Shown one piece after another: positions 35,286 through 44,720 of a stretch of DNA of 64,000 nucleotides. Source of the DNA: Patescibacteria group bacterium. GTDB taxonomy: Bacteria > Patescibacteriota > Patescibacteriia > UBA9934 > GWF2-40-263. Position 1 is the stretch's first letter. Every line of letters starts with the position of its first letter. Position numbers and translations under genes: made by a program. The notes under the pieces were generated by a model. That model had not been told where the DNA came from, did no database searches, and saw only the letters and a program-made list of their open reading frames with translations. The stretch lies in contig SCUM01000001.1 in assembly GCA_004297215.1 (NCBI GenBank), positions 400-64,399 of the forward strand. The letters run 5' to 3'.

Positions 35286-36368
35286 ATGAAAGCGCTCATC
35301 GCGGCGGGAGGGCGGGCCACGCGGCTGCGGCCCATCACCTGGACAACGAATAAGCACCTGATCCCGCTTGCCAACAAGCCCATGTTGGCGCACGTGATCG
35401 AGAAAATCGTGGAGGCGGGGATCACGGACATCATCGTGAACGTGAACCCAGGGGAAGTCGAGTCCATGTCGGCCGTCCTCGGAGACGGTTCAGCGTTCGG
35501 CGCGAAGCTCACCTATCTCGAACAGGTCGGCGGCGCGAAAGGGGTCGCGCACGTCGTCGCGAACGCCGAGGCGCACCTGAAAGGGGAGCGATTCCTGTTT
35601 TTTCTCGGCGACAACATCATCCTCGGGAGCATCAAGAAGTTCGTGGAGCGGTTCGAGGCCGAGAAGCTCGACTGCATGCTCGCCTTCTCGCGCGTGAAGG
35701 ACCCGGCTCGCTTCGGCGTGCCGGAGTTCGACGCGGCAGGGAATCTCGTGCGCGTCGTGGAGAAGCCGGAGCACCCGCCAAGCCCGTTCGCGGTGACCGG
35801 CATCTACCTGTACGACGAGCGGTTCTTCGACGCGTTCAAGACGATCCAGCCGTCCGCGCGCGGCGAGTACGAGATTTCCGACGTGAACTCCTGGTACGTG
35901 AAAAACGGGAAGGTCGGGTACGAGGAGATCACCGGTTGGTGGAAGGACACGGGGACGCCCGACGCGCTGCTCGAAGGCAACGCGCTCATCATGGACGACC
36001 TTGCACGCGATCAGTTCCGCGTCGATGCCGACATCCCCGACTCGTCGCAGGTTCAAGGATTAGTGAGCATCGGCAAGGGGACGGCGATCGGTGCGGACGT
36101 ACTCATCCGCGGCCCGGTGGTGATCGGCAAGGATTGCGTGTTGGAGCATTGCTACGTCGGCCCGTATACGGCGATCGGCGACGGGTGCACGGTGAAGAAC
36201 GCCGAGCTCGAGCACTCCGTGCTGTTCCCCGGTGCCCGGGTGGAAACCGGGCGGCGCATCGTGAACTCGCTGCTCGGCTTCAACGCGACCGTGTCGGATT
36301 CGCGCGAGACGCATCCCAAGAGCGGGCATCGGATGGTGGTGGGGGATGATAGTTTGGTGGAGTTGTAA
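35286..36368 (+). CDS. rfbA: Glucose-1-phosphate thymidylyltransferase (long form)
   Basis: AGGRATRLRPIT...KHLIP.ANKPM, EKP, PSARGEYEI, WWKDTG, C-terminal beta-helix. Confidence 0.88.
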   Translation: MKALIAAGGRATRLRPITWTTNKHLIPLANKPMLAHVIEKIVEAGITDIIVNVNPGEVESMSAVLGDGSAFGAKLTYLEQVGGAKGVAHVVANAEAHLKGERFLFFLGDNIILGSIKKFVERFEAEKLDCMLAFSRVKDPARFGVPEFDAAGNLVRVVEKPEHPPSPFAVTGIYLYDERFFDAFKTIQPSARGEYEISDVNSWYVKNGKVGYEEITGWWKDTGTPDALLEGNALIMDDLARDQFRVDADIPDSSQVQGLVSIGKGTAIGADVLIRGPVVIGKDCVLEHCYVGPYTAIGDGCTVKNAELEHSVLFPGARVETGRRIVNSLLGFNATVSDSRETHPKSGHRMVVGDDSLVEL

Positions 36369-36370
36369 TG

Positions 36371-36515
36371 AAAAACTTGAAGAACCAAAACTTGAAGGGC
36401 CAAACGTCGTTCGAAAGGAAGAAGGTGGAAAGGATGAAATTTGAACTTCGTCCCTTTCGGTCTTCAACCTTTCACGTCCCCTTTGGTCCTTCAAGTTTTG
36501 GCCCTTCAAGTTTTA
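36371..36515. repeat. Family-D inverted-repeat element between convergent genes
   Basis: aaaacttgaagaaccaaaacttgaagggccaaa / tttggtccttcaagttttggcccttcaagtttt. Confidence 0.9.
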
Positions 36516-37625
36516 TCGTTGCAACGGTCGCGCGTACAGCCCATGCACCCCATCCACTTCCCCGAACACGTACATCGTGCGCCATTTCGGATCCACCCAC
36601 GGCGTGCCCAAGCCCGATCCTTCCATGAGCCTGGTCACGACATGGCCGCCGCGCGGATCGAGCTCGATGGCGCTCACCCCCGCGTCCTGCACGAACAGGG
36701 CGGTGGTCCCGGACGGATGCCACGCGAGCGTCCGGACGAGGGTCTCCTGTCGCGAGAGCTCCAGGTCCGTCCCGATTTCCGCGTCGAACACGTCGAGCCG
36801 AAACCCGTCGGTGTAGAGGAGGCGTTCGCCGTACCAGGCGAACGAGCGCATCACGGCGTCGAGCACGACGGGCATGTCCGGCTCGTGCAGGTCGATGAGG
36901 CGCGCCTGCCCCGTGACGCGCTCGCGCAGGAGCGCGAACCCGTCCGGCGCGTCCTCGAACCGCCATGCGCCTCCTTCTTCCCACCACTCTTGCCGCCCCG
37001 GGACGCGCGCGGCCGGGGCCGCGGCGCCGGTCTGCGTGTCGATGAGCGTCACGCCGGCCTTGCCCGACTCTCGGAGCGCGAGGTGCGATCCGTCCGGCGA
37101 CAGGGAAAGCGAAAGGACCTGGTCGGATGCCGGGATGCGCGAGAGAAGGCGCCTGCTCGCGGTCTCCGGTTCCATCACCCAGGTCTCGAGCCAACCGCCT
37201 TCGCGGATGGTGTAGGCGAAGCGTCCGGCTTGCGGCGCCGCTTCGGCCACGGTCGGGGAGACGAACGTCGGGAGAGGCGCGGCATCGAGGTACAGAAGCG
37301 TGCCATGGGCGAAGGCGGTGCGACGGCTTTCCACCACGAGGCGCTTTTCCCAGGGGAGATAGCCGTCCTTGCGCAGCGTGAGCACGTGCTCGCCCGGGCT
37401 CACGTCATCCACGACCGACGGGGTGGAGGCCCCGACCGGCTGCCCGTCCACGGCGACATCGGCTCCTTTGGGGATGGTCGACACCGAGATGAGGCCCGTT
37501 TGGACCACGTCGCCCGTGTGCCAGTTGAGACGGTAGCCGGCCGTGAACAGCACCACGGACGGGGCCGAGACGAGGAACGCCAGCAGGAACGCCGCGTAGA
37601 GCAGTTTTCTCCGCCCGGGAGCCAT
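36513..37625 (-). CDS. PEGA-domain membrane-anchored protein
   Basis: N-terminal TM segment, GYR, TG.ISVST.PKGADV.VDG...TP...PGEH.L.L.KDGY..W, propeller-like C-terminus. Confidence 0.85.
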   Translation of the reverse strand: MAPGRRKLLYAAFLLAFLVSAPSVVLFTAGYRLNWHTGDVVQTGLISVSTIPKGADVAVDGQPVGASTPSVVDDVSPGEHVLTLRKDGYLPWEKRLVVESRRTAFAHGTLLYLDAAPLPTFVSPTVAEAAPQAGRFAYTIREGGWLETWVMEPETASRRLLSRIPASDQVLSLSLSPDGSHLALRESGKAGVTLIDTQTGAAAPAARVPGRQEWWEEGGAWRFEDAPDGFALLRERVTGQARLIDLHEPDMPVVLDAVMRSFAWYGERLLYTDGFRLDVFDAEIGTDLELSRQETLVRTLAWHPSGTTALFVQDAGVSAIELDPRGGHVVTRLMEGSGLGTPWVDPKWRTMYVFGEVDGVHGLYARPLQR

Positions 37626-37676
37626 ACACGGGGCATCCTAGCCGATTTGGCGCGATTCGGGTATCTTATGTCCATT

Positions 37677-38894
37677 ATGCGACCGCTTTCCCGTTCGGTT
37701 TCCCTCATCGGTTTGCTGCTCTTTGGCGTGTTCCTGTTCACCTCCGGGCTGTTCCTCGGCCGAGAGCAGGGGGCGCGCGCTGCGGTGCCCGAAGGCGAGG
37801 GCCGCGTGCTAAACCAGGGCGACGTGCCGTCTTCCTTGTCCGACGACGTGGATTTCCGCCAGTTCTGGGACGTGTGGAACCTGGTGAAGGAGTCGTACGT
37901 GCATCAGCCGGTCTCCGACAAGATGCTGTATTACGGCGCCATGCACGGGCTGGTTTCCGGCGTGGCCGACCCGTATACCACGTACTTCGATCCGGACGAA
38001 GCGCAGGATTTCACCTCGAACCTGGAAGGGAGCTTCCAGGGGATCGGCGCGGAAATCGGCATCAAGGACGAGGCGCTGGTCATCGTGGCGCCTCTTCCCG
38101 AGACGCCGGCCGAGAAGGCGGGGCTCAAGACCGGCGACCGCATCCTGCTCATCGACGGGGAGGATACTTACGGGATGGCGGTCGAGGAGGCCGTTTCCCG
38201 CATCCGGGGGCCCAAGGGGAGCACGGTCACGCTCACGATCGGCCGGGATGGGGCGACGGAGGCGTTCGAGGTGAAGATCGTGCGCGACAAGATCGTGGTG
38301 AAGAGCGTCCGTTCCGAGATCACGGACGGCATCGCGACCGTCGCGATCCACACCTTCAACGACGATACGGTGGGCCTGTTCAACGACGCCGTGAACGACG
38401 CCTTGTCAAAACAGGCGCATGGCCTCATCCTCGACCTGCGCGGCGACCCGGGCGGCCTCCTCAACGCGGCGATCGGCGTGGCCTCCGCCTGGGTGGGGTA
38501 TGACACGGTGGTCATCGAGAAGGGGCAGGACGTGAGCCAGTCGTTCCACGGGGTGAGCGCGCCCCGCCTCGCCGACATGCCCACCGTGGTGCTCGTGAAC
38601 GGCGGGAGCGCGAGCGCGTCCGAGATCGTGGCGGGCGCCTTGCAGGACTACGGGTTCGCCACCCTCGTGGGCACCCAGACGTTCGGCAAGGGGTCGGTCC
38701 AGGATTACCGCGACCTGCCGGACGGCAGCGCCGTGAAGATCACGGTGGCCGAGTGGTACACCCCGAACGGGCGCACCATCCATGAGACCGGCATCACCCC
38801 GGACCACCTCGTCGAATTCACGCAAGCCGACTCCGATGCCAAACGCGACCCACAAACGGCGAAAGCCCTCGAGATCCTCTCCGCGCAGCGCTAG
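37677..38894 (+). CDS. ctpA: S41 carboxy-terminal processing protease (PDZ + peptidase)
   Basis: GIGAEI, DLRGDPGG, SASASEI, TFGKGSVQ. Start at ATG 37677 or 37668. Confidence 0.92.
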   Translation: MRPLSRSVSLIGLLLFGVFLFTSGLFLGREQGARAAVPEGEGRVLNQGDVPSSLSDDVDFRQFWDVWNLVKESYVHQPVSDKMLYYGAMHGLVSGVADPYTTYFDPDEAQDFTSNLEGSFQGIGAEIGIKDEALVIVAPLPETPAEKAGLKTGDRILLIDGEDTYGMAVEEAVSRIRGPKGSTVTLTIGRDGATEAFEVKIVRDKIVVKSVRSEITDGIATVAIHTFNDDTVGLFNDAVNDALSKQAHGLILDLRGDPGGLLNAAIGVASAWVGYDTVVIEKGQDVSQSFHGVSAPRLADMPTVVLVNGGSASASEIVAGALQDYGFATLVGTQTFGKGSVQDYRDLPDGSAVKITVAEWYTPNGRTIHETGITPDHLVEFTQADSDAKRDPQTAKALEILSAQR

Positions 38895-39357
38895 GCGGCG
38901 CCCGGGAGAACGGTTCGAGCGCGAAGTGAGCGCGGGCGGCCTCGTGTTCAAACGCACGCCGCGCGGCGTGCGGTTCGCGCTCATGAAGGATTCCTACGGC
39001 AAATGGGCGTTCCCCAAAGGCCACGTGGAACCGGATGAGACCCGCGAACAGGCCGCGGCGCGCGAGACGCTCGAGGAGCTCGGGCTCGATGAGGTGCGAC
39101 TGCTCGAATACCTGGGCGCCATCGACATCTGGTTCCGCGACCGGTTCGAAAAGAAAGGGACGCTGATCCACAAGGACATCCACTACTTCCTGTTCGAGAC
39201 CGCGGAAGACGCCGAACTGCATCCCGATCCGGAACAGCATGCGTATGACGCGCGCTGGGTGGCCCCCGGGAAGCTCATCGAATCGTCAAGTTACAAGGAC
39301 ATGGAACCGGTCATCAAGCGGGCGCTCGGGTTCATCTCGGCCTTGCATCGCGGATGA
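38836..39357 (+). CDS. NUDIX hydrolase (Ap4A hydrolase-like)
   Basis: SAGG, PKGHVEPDETREQAAARETLEELG Nudix box. Start uncertain; overlaps the ctpA end. Confidence 0.85.
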   Translation: MPNATHKRRKPSRSSPRSARRRPGERFEREVSAGGLVFKRTPRGVRFALMKDSYGKWAFPKGHVEPDETREQAAARETLEELGLDEVRLLEYLGAIDIWFRDRFEKKGTLIHKDIHYFLFETAEDAELHPDPEQHAYDARWVAPGKLIESSSYKDMEPVIKRALGFISALHRG

Positions 39358-39400
39358 CGGATTTCCAGGGCTTTGCTATAGTGTTTTCGTTAGAACTAAC

Positions 39401-39409
39401 TTATCCACA
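39401..39409 (+). promoter_or_regulatory. DnaA box
   Basis: Perfect TTATCCACA 6 nt upstream of the HU start. Confidence 0.5.
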
Positions 39410-39415
39410 AGCGAT

Positions 39416-39697
39416 ATGGGGAAGATGACCAAGAGTCAGACGCTGACGGCCATGGCGGAGGCCACCGGCATGTCCAAGAAAGACGTCGGCACGTTCATGG
39501 AAAAGCTGGTCATGCTCGCCTACAAGGAGTGCAAGGGCAACGGGGAGTTCACGATCCCGGGCCTGGGCAAGCTCGTGAAGGCGCACAGCAAGGCGCGCAT
39601 GGGCCGCAACCCGGCCACGGGCGAGGCGATCTCGATCCCGGCCAAGACCAAGGTGAAGTTCCGCGTGGCCAAGGCCGCGAAGGACTCCATCCTGTAA
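39416..39697 (+). CDS. hup: HU-family DNA-binding protein
   Basis: MTKSQ...GLGKL...ARMGRNPATGEAISIPAK..VKFR. Confidence 0.93.
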   Translation: MGKMTKSQTLTAMAEATGMSKKDVGTFMEKLVMLAYKECKGNGEFTIPGLGKLVKAHSKARMGRNPATGEAISIPAKTKVKFRVAKAAKDSIL

Positions 39698-39709
39698 ACC
39701 GAGGACAGG

Positions 39710-39742
39710 ACCGCCTCCCCATTGACGGGGAGGCGGTTTTTT
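39710..39742 (+). terminator. Intrinsic terminator
   Basis: accgcctcccc attgac ggggaggcggt followed by a T-run. Confidence 0.85.
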
Positions 39743-39784
39743 GGTATGGTGCGGCGTCCATTCAATTCAAGGAGGAGGTGCGGA

Positions 39785-40144
39785 TTGGATCCCGACGACA
39801 TCGATCTTCTTGCCCACGTCCGGAAGCAGCTCGAACGGCCCAACGAGGACATTCTCGAAGCCGTCCGCAGGCGAGGGGTGCCCAACCTGCCGGATCCCAT
39901 GGCCGGGGAAGCCCGCGCGTCGTTCGAAACGGGCCTTACCCAATGCAAAAAGGCGATCCTCAAGCGGGTGGACGAGAAGGATTTCGTCCGTGCCCTCGCC
40001 TTGCTCACGGCCTACGCCGGGACGCTCGTGCGCGACTACGGCCCCGCCGCCGGGACGGAGCATACGCCTTCGGAGGTCGACGCGACCAGGCAATGGCTCG
40101 CCGCGCTCATGCTGGACATCAGCGTCCTGAAGAAGGGATCCTGA
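39785..40144 (+). CDS. Hypothetical helical protein
   Basis: TTG start after a strong SD (aaggaggagg), followed by a terminator at 40150-40182. Confidence 0.6.
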   Translation: MDPDDIDLLAHVRKQLERPNEDILEAVRRRGVPNLPDPMAGEARASFETGLTQCKKAILKRVDEKDFVRALALLTAYAGTLVRDYGPAAGTEHTPSEVDATRQWLAALMLDISVLKKGS

Positions 40145-40205
40145 TGCCCGGCGCCGATACGCTCGGCGCCTTTTTCTTTTTTCGGCAATCTGCCAAGATT
40201 CCCCC

Positions 40206-41306
40206 ATGCGATCCGACACCCGCGTCCGCGCCATCCTCGTGGACCTCATCCATCCCCGGATGCTCCCCGAGCATGCGCTTGACCGCCTTTCGGAGCTCGA
40301 GGAGCTCACGCGCACCTACGGCGGCATCGTGGTGGTGAAGGCATACCAGCGCCGGTTCAACCCGCATCCGAGGACCTTCCTGGGGCCCGGCAAGGTGACG
40401 GACCTGGCGGAAGAGGGAAAGGCGCTCGGGGCCAAGCTCCTCGTGGTGAACGACCGGCTCAAGCCCCAGCAGGCGTACAACGTCGAGCAGATGCTCAAAG
40501 GGACGGGCATTGCCGTGTGGGACCGCCTTGACCTCATCCTCAAGATCTTCGCGCGTCACGCGCGCACCACCGAGGCCAAGCTCGAAATCGAGCTTGCGAG
40601 CGTCCGGCACATGGGGCCGCGCATCTTCGGGATGGGGATGGAACTTTCGCGCCAGGGCGGCGGCACGGGCACGCGCGGGGTGGGCGAGACCAACATCGAG
40701 CGCATGAAGCGCCACCTGCGCGAGAAGGAGCGGCGCATCAAGGAGAAGCTCGAGACGCATCACGGCGTGCGCAAGACGCACCAGCAGGGCCGCAAGCGCA
40801 GCGGGTTCAAGACGGTCGCGGTCGTCGGGTACACGAACGCGGGCAAGACCACGCTCCTCAATGCCCTTACGGGTCGCAAGGAATACGCGGCCGACGAGTT
40901 GTTCGCCACGCTCGATACGCGCGTGGGCAAGCTGTATCTCCCGCGCGCGGGCCGCGAGGCGCTCGTTTCCGACACGATCGGGTTCATCAAGCAACTGCCG
41001 CCCGAGCTCTTGAACGCGTTCGCCTCGACATTGTCAGAAGCGGTCGAAGCGGACCTGTTGCTCCATGTCGTGGACGGGTCCGACGCGCACGCCCCGGCGC
41101 ACGTGAAGGTAGTGGATGAGATCCTCATCCGCCTCGGGGCTGCGGACATTCCCAGGCTCATGGTCATCAACAAGGCGGACGCGATGGGGTCCGCCGCGCC
41201 CGTGCCGCTCTCGCGCGCGCTCGACGGCCGACGAAAGGTGCTCGTGTCGGCGGAGACCGGCGGCGGCATCCCGGAGCTCGTCGCGAAGATCGACGGCATG
41301 CTCTGA
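40206..41306 (+). CDS. hflX: GTPase HflX
   Basis: LSRQGGG.GTRG.GE, GYTNAGKTT, LFATLD, DTIG, NKAD. Confidence 0.96.
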   Translation: MRSDTRVRAILVDLIHPRMLPEHALDRLSELEELTRTYGGIVVVKAYQRRFNPHPRTFLGPGKVTDLAEEGKALGAKLLVVNDRLKPQQAYNVEQMLKGTGIAVWDRLDLILKIFARHARTTEAKLEIELASVRHMGPRIFGMGMELSRQGGGTGTRGVGETNIERMKRHLREKERRIKEKLETHHGVRKTHQQGRKRSGFKTVAVVGYTNAGKTTLLNALTGRKEYAADELFATLDTRVGKLYLPRAGREALVSDTIGFIKQLPPELLNAFASTLSEAVEADLLLHVVDGSDAHAPAHVKVVDEILIRLGAADIPRLMVINKADAMGSAAPVPLSRALDGRRKVLVSAETGGGIPELVAKIDGML

Positions 41307-41345
41307 CAAAAACGAAAACGGGCCGTGAGGCCCGTTTCTTCGCGT

Positions 41346-41579
41346 TTAGCATTCCGCTTTCATCTGGCTCAAGTCGTAGACTTTGCCTTCTTTTCCCCAC
41401 TTCTTGAGGGTGCGCAACCCGCGGTTGCTGATGAACACCTTCACCATGCGGCCCGTGGCCGGGTTGAGAAGGCTGCGCTTGGTGACCGAAGGGTACACCC
41501 AGCGCTTGGTGTGGCGGTTGCTGTGGCTCACGTTGAAGCCGCTGACGGGGGTTTTGCCGGTGACGATGCAGGCAGGCAT
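41346..41579 (-). CDS. rpmB: 50S ribosomal protein L28
   Basis: C.VTGK....G.NVSHSNRHTKR...P...GLRTL. Confidence 0.92.
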   Translation of the reverse strand: MPACIVTGKTPVSGFNVSHSNRHTKRWVYPSVTKRSLLNPATGRMVKVFISNRGLRTLKKWGKEGKVYDLSQMKAEC

Positions 41580-41639
41580 AGGAGGTTGGTTTGTCGGGAG
41601 TGTAGGGGAAGGGAGGGAATTTGGCAAGGGAGGTGAGGG

Positions 41640-41748
41640 AAGGACCAAGGTCTGAAGAACCAAGGACCAAAGAAAACGTGAAAGGTCGAAGGAGAAAAGA
41701 GAAAGTTTCCTTTGGTCCTTTTAAAACCTTAAATCCTTGGTCCTTTTC
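41640..41748. repeat. D-related inverted-repeat element (AAGGACC units) between divergent genes
   Basis: aaggaccaagg / ccttggtcctt and aaggaccaaag / ctttggtcctt. Confidence 0.75.
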
Positions 41749-41771
41749 GTTATGGTATTATTCCCCCCACT

Positions 41772-42143
41772 ATGTCTGATACCTCTCGCCTCCAAGAGCT
41801 CCTGAACGAGATCCGCACCAAGAAACGTCGCGTCAAGGAGATCAAGGATGCCATCAAGGACGAGCTTTCCCAACATGAGCGCTACGCCACCGTGAAGGAG
41901 GAGATGGATACGCTCAAGGCCGAGAAAAAGGGGATCGAGAATGCTGTCCGGGAGAAAGCTCCCAAGGAGAGCGCCGAGCTCGAGGACCTCGTCACGGAAA
42001 TCAAGGCCGACGAGGAGCTGCTCTCGGACCTCGCCATGAACATGATCATGAAGAACGAGTCGATAGAGCTCGTGGACGAGGAAAAGAACAAGTACGTCCC
42101 GCAGCTCATCGTGAAGTTCAAGAAGGACGGGTTCGCGGAGTAA
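41772..42143 (+). CDS. Coiled-coil hypothetical protein
   Basis: Charged heptad-rich 123-aa ORF with an extended -10 just upstream. Confidence 0.75.
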   Translation: MSDTSRLQELLNEIRTKKRRVKEIKDAIKDELSQHERYATVKEEMDTLKAEKKGIENAVREKAPKESAELEDLVTEIKADEELLSDLAMNMIMKNESIELVDEEKNKYVPQLIVKFKKDGFAE

Positions 42144-42230
42144 ACTTATCCACCCTTGACGGTTGTCGAAAGGACGGGTATCTTTCGCCAACCGTTTCGT
42201 TTTGAGACGGGATGAAGAAGGGGTCCAGCC

Positions 42231-42530
42231 TTGCACACCCACATCACGTTCCCGCCCAAGCCCTCCCGGAGCAAGAACGATCCGCTCGAGCCGCACGTCG
42301 TCGCGAGCCTGGTCAAGAAGAAGGGGGCGGTGGTCAGCAATGACGACCGCATCAACGCCTTGAGGGCGTTCGCCAAGCACCCGGTGCGCAACGTCGCGGA
42401 GCAGAGGGCGTATCGGATCATCATGAACGGCGGCGCCGAGCTCGACGACAAGACCCGTCGCGAGATCAGGAAGGACGCGGCCGCCACGGGCAACCACGGC
42501 ATCGTCGACCTGATTGACAAGCACCTCTGA
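42231..42530 (+). CDS. Hypothetical protein
   Basis: TTG start after gaagaagggg, typical codon bias, downstream hairpin and T-run. Confidence 0.6.
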   Translation: MHTHITFPPKPSRSKNDPLEPHVVASLVKKKGAVVSNDDRINALRAFAKHPVRNVAEQRAYRIIMNGGAELDDKTRREIRKDAAATGNHGIVDLIDKHL

Positions 42531-42622
42531 GATCCTCGCGCCACGACTTCGTCGTCGCGCCCACGGTCCGACCCGTCACGGGGTTCGGACCTCTTTTCTT
42601 TTCGTGTTACAATGCCGGGGTT

Positions 42623-43366
42623 ATGCCCAGGAGGAAGAAGACACCCCCACCGGACGTGATGCGCGGCCGCATTTGCCGTGTCCCGTTGCCCGCCGACGAA
42701 TCCGCCGTGCCGTCGTTGCGCACCCCGATGCCGATGCACGAGATCACCTGGCGCATCTTCCGCATCATGGCGGAGTTCGTGGAGGGGTTCCAGTTCATCT
42801 CCTCGTTCTCGCGCGAGGTCACCGTGTTCGGCTCCGCGCGGCTCCCCGAGACGGACCGATGGTACAAGGAGGCCCGCAAGCTCGGCGGGATGCTCGCGGA
42901 GTGCGGGTTCACGGTGATCACCGGCGGAGGCCCCGGCATCATGGAGGCGGCCAACCGCGGCGCGCACGAGCACAAGGGCGAGTCGGTGGGGCTCAACATC
43001 CAGCTCCCCAACGAGCAGCGCATCAACCCGTGGGTGAAGAAGGGGCGCGGGTTCCATTATTTCTTCACGCGCAAGGTGATGCTCGCGGCCTCCGCGCAGG
43101 CGTACGTGTTCTTCCCGGGCGGGTTCGGCACGCTCGACGAGATGTTCGAGATGATCACGCTGGTGCAGACGGGCAAGTCCGCAAGCCTGCCGGTCGTCCT
43201 TGTCGGCAGGAGATTCTGGCAACCGCTTCTTACGTGGATCAGCCAGTCCATCGTGGCCGAGGGGATGATCGACGCCGACGACCAAAAGCTTTACCGCCTG
43301 GTGGATACCGCCGAGGAGGCGTTCGACATCATCCAGGCGGAGTCGAAGGAGCGAAGCTTTTTCTAG
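42623..43366 (+). CDS. LOG-family (TIGR00730-like) nucleotide phosphoribohydrolase
   Basis: VFGSAR, TGGGPGIMEAAN, PGGFGTLDE. Confidence 0.92.
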   Translation: MPRRKKTPPPDVMRGRICRVPLPADESAVPSLRTPMPMHEITWRIFRIMAEFVEGFQFISSFSREVTVFGSARLPETDRWYKEARKLGGMLAECGFTVITGGGPGIMEAANRGAHEHKGESVGLNIQLPNEQRINPWVKKGRGFHYFFTRKVMLAASAQAYVFFPGGFGTLDEMFEMITLVQTGKSASLPVVLVGRRFWQPLLTWISQSIVAEGMIDADDQKLYRLVDTAEEAFDIIQAESKERSFF

Positions 43367-43368
43367 GT

Positions 43369-44718
43369 ATGGCGACGCATTCGCACGACGGCAAGCGGCC
43401 ACGCGCCTGGGTGATCGACGTGGACATGGGGTACGGCCACAGCCGCGCCGCGTTCGCGCTGCGCGACCTTTCCGGCGGCTCCGTGATCACGGCCAACAAC
43501 TATCGCGGGATCCCGGACCTCGACCGGCGGATGTGGAAGGCGAGCCGCCAGGCGTACGAGTTCGTGTCGCGATTGAAGCCCATCCCGTTCGTGGGCGACG
43601 CGGCGTTCAGCCTCATGGACAGGATGCAGCGGATCCCGAGCTTCTATCCCCGCCGCGACCTGTCGAAGCCCAGCCTCCAGGTGCGCCAGACCTACGCGCT
43701 GCTCAACCGCGGATTGTGCCGGCACCTCATCGAGACGCTCGGGAAGAAACCTCTGCCCCTCGTGTCCACCTTCCCGATCCCGGCGCTCGCCGCGGAACAC
43801 TTCGATTACCCGGGGGAGATCTACTGCATCACCACGGACACCGACGTGAACCGCGCCTGGGTGCCGCTTGACCCCAAAGGGAGCCGCATCAGGTATTTCG
43901 CCGCATCCGGACGCGTGGCGGAGCGGCTCAAGCTCTACGGCGTGAGGGAGGACCACATCTATCTCACCGGGTTCCCGATGCCCAAGGAGCTCATCGGCGG
44001 CCCCAAGGCGACCCGGCTCAAGGAGCTCCTGGCCGCCCGGCTGTGCAACCTGGACCCCAAGGGGATCTTCCACGAGCGGTATAAGAAGGTGTTGCACGAG
44101 ACCTTGGGGACCGGCTTGTGCCGGATGACCAAGGCGTCGCACCCGGTCACGATCACCTATTCGGTGGGCGGGGCCGGGGCGCAGCGCCACCTCGGGGTCG
44201 AGCTCATGAAGAGCCTGCGCACGCGCATCTCACGACATGAGTTGCGGCTGAACCTCGTGGCCGGCGTGCGCCACGACGTGGCCGCGTACTACGAGCGAGC
44301 CGCGATCTCGCTCGGATTGCGCGCGCAGCTGGGGAAATGGCTGGTCATTCCCACGTTCGAGTCCAGGATGGGGTACTTCGAGGGGTTCACGAAGCTGCTC
44401 GAGACCACCGACGTGCTGTGGACGAAGCCCAGCGAGCTCTCCTTCTATACCGGGCTCGGCATCGCGATCATCATGGCGCCGACCATAGGGAGCCAGGAGG
44501 ATTTCAACCGGCTGTGGCTGCAATACGTGGGCGGAGGGGTGAGCCAGTTCGAGACCGCGCACGCCGACGAATGGCTGTCCGACTGGATCGATTCCGGCGG
44601 CGTGGCGCGCCTCGCCTGGAACGGGTACATCGAGGCGCCCACGCACGGCACCTACCGCATCGAGGACATCGTGCTCGGGCGTCCCAGCGAGCTGCATAAG
44701 CTGCCCCTCATCGTCTAG
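43369..44718 (+). CDS. GT-B fold protein resembling diacylglycerol glycosyltransferase (MGDG synthase/GT28-like)
   Basis: DMGYGH, TTD...W, TGFP, GGAG, TKPSE, GSQE..N. Confidence 0.55.
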   Translation: MATHSHDGKRPRAWVIDVDMGYGHSRAAFALRDLSGGSVITANNYRGIPDLDRRMWKASRQAYEFVSRLKPIPFVGDAAFSLMDRMQRIPSFYPRRDLSKPSLQVRQTYALLNRGLCRHLIETLGKKPLPLVSTFPIPALAAEHFDYPGEIYCITTDTDVNRAWVPLDPKGSRIRYFAASGRVAERLKLYGVREDHIYLTGFPMPKELIGGPKATRLKELLAARLCNLDPKGIFHERYKKVLHETLGTGLCRMTKASHPVTITYSVGGAGAQRHLGVELMKSLRTRISRHELRLNLVAGVRHDVAAYYERAAISLGLRAQLGKWLVIPTFESRMGYFEGFTKLLETTDVLWTKPSELSFYTGLGIAIIMAPTIGSQEDFNRLWLQYVGGGVSQFETAHADEWLSDWIDSGGVARLAWNGYIEAPTHGTYRIEDIVLGRPSELHKLPLIV

Positions 44719-44720
44719 TT

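Noticed and set aside
36441-37676. N-terminal extension of the 817-aa ctpA ORF, and similar extensions at 42514 and 59575
   Set aside because: The extensions overlap real genes on the other strand or frame; credible starts lie downstream.
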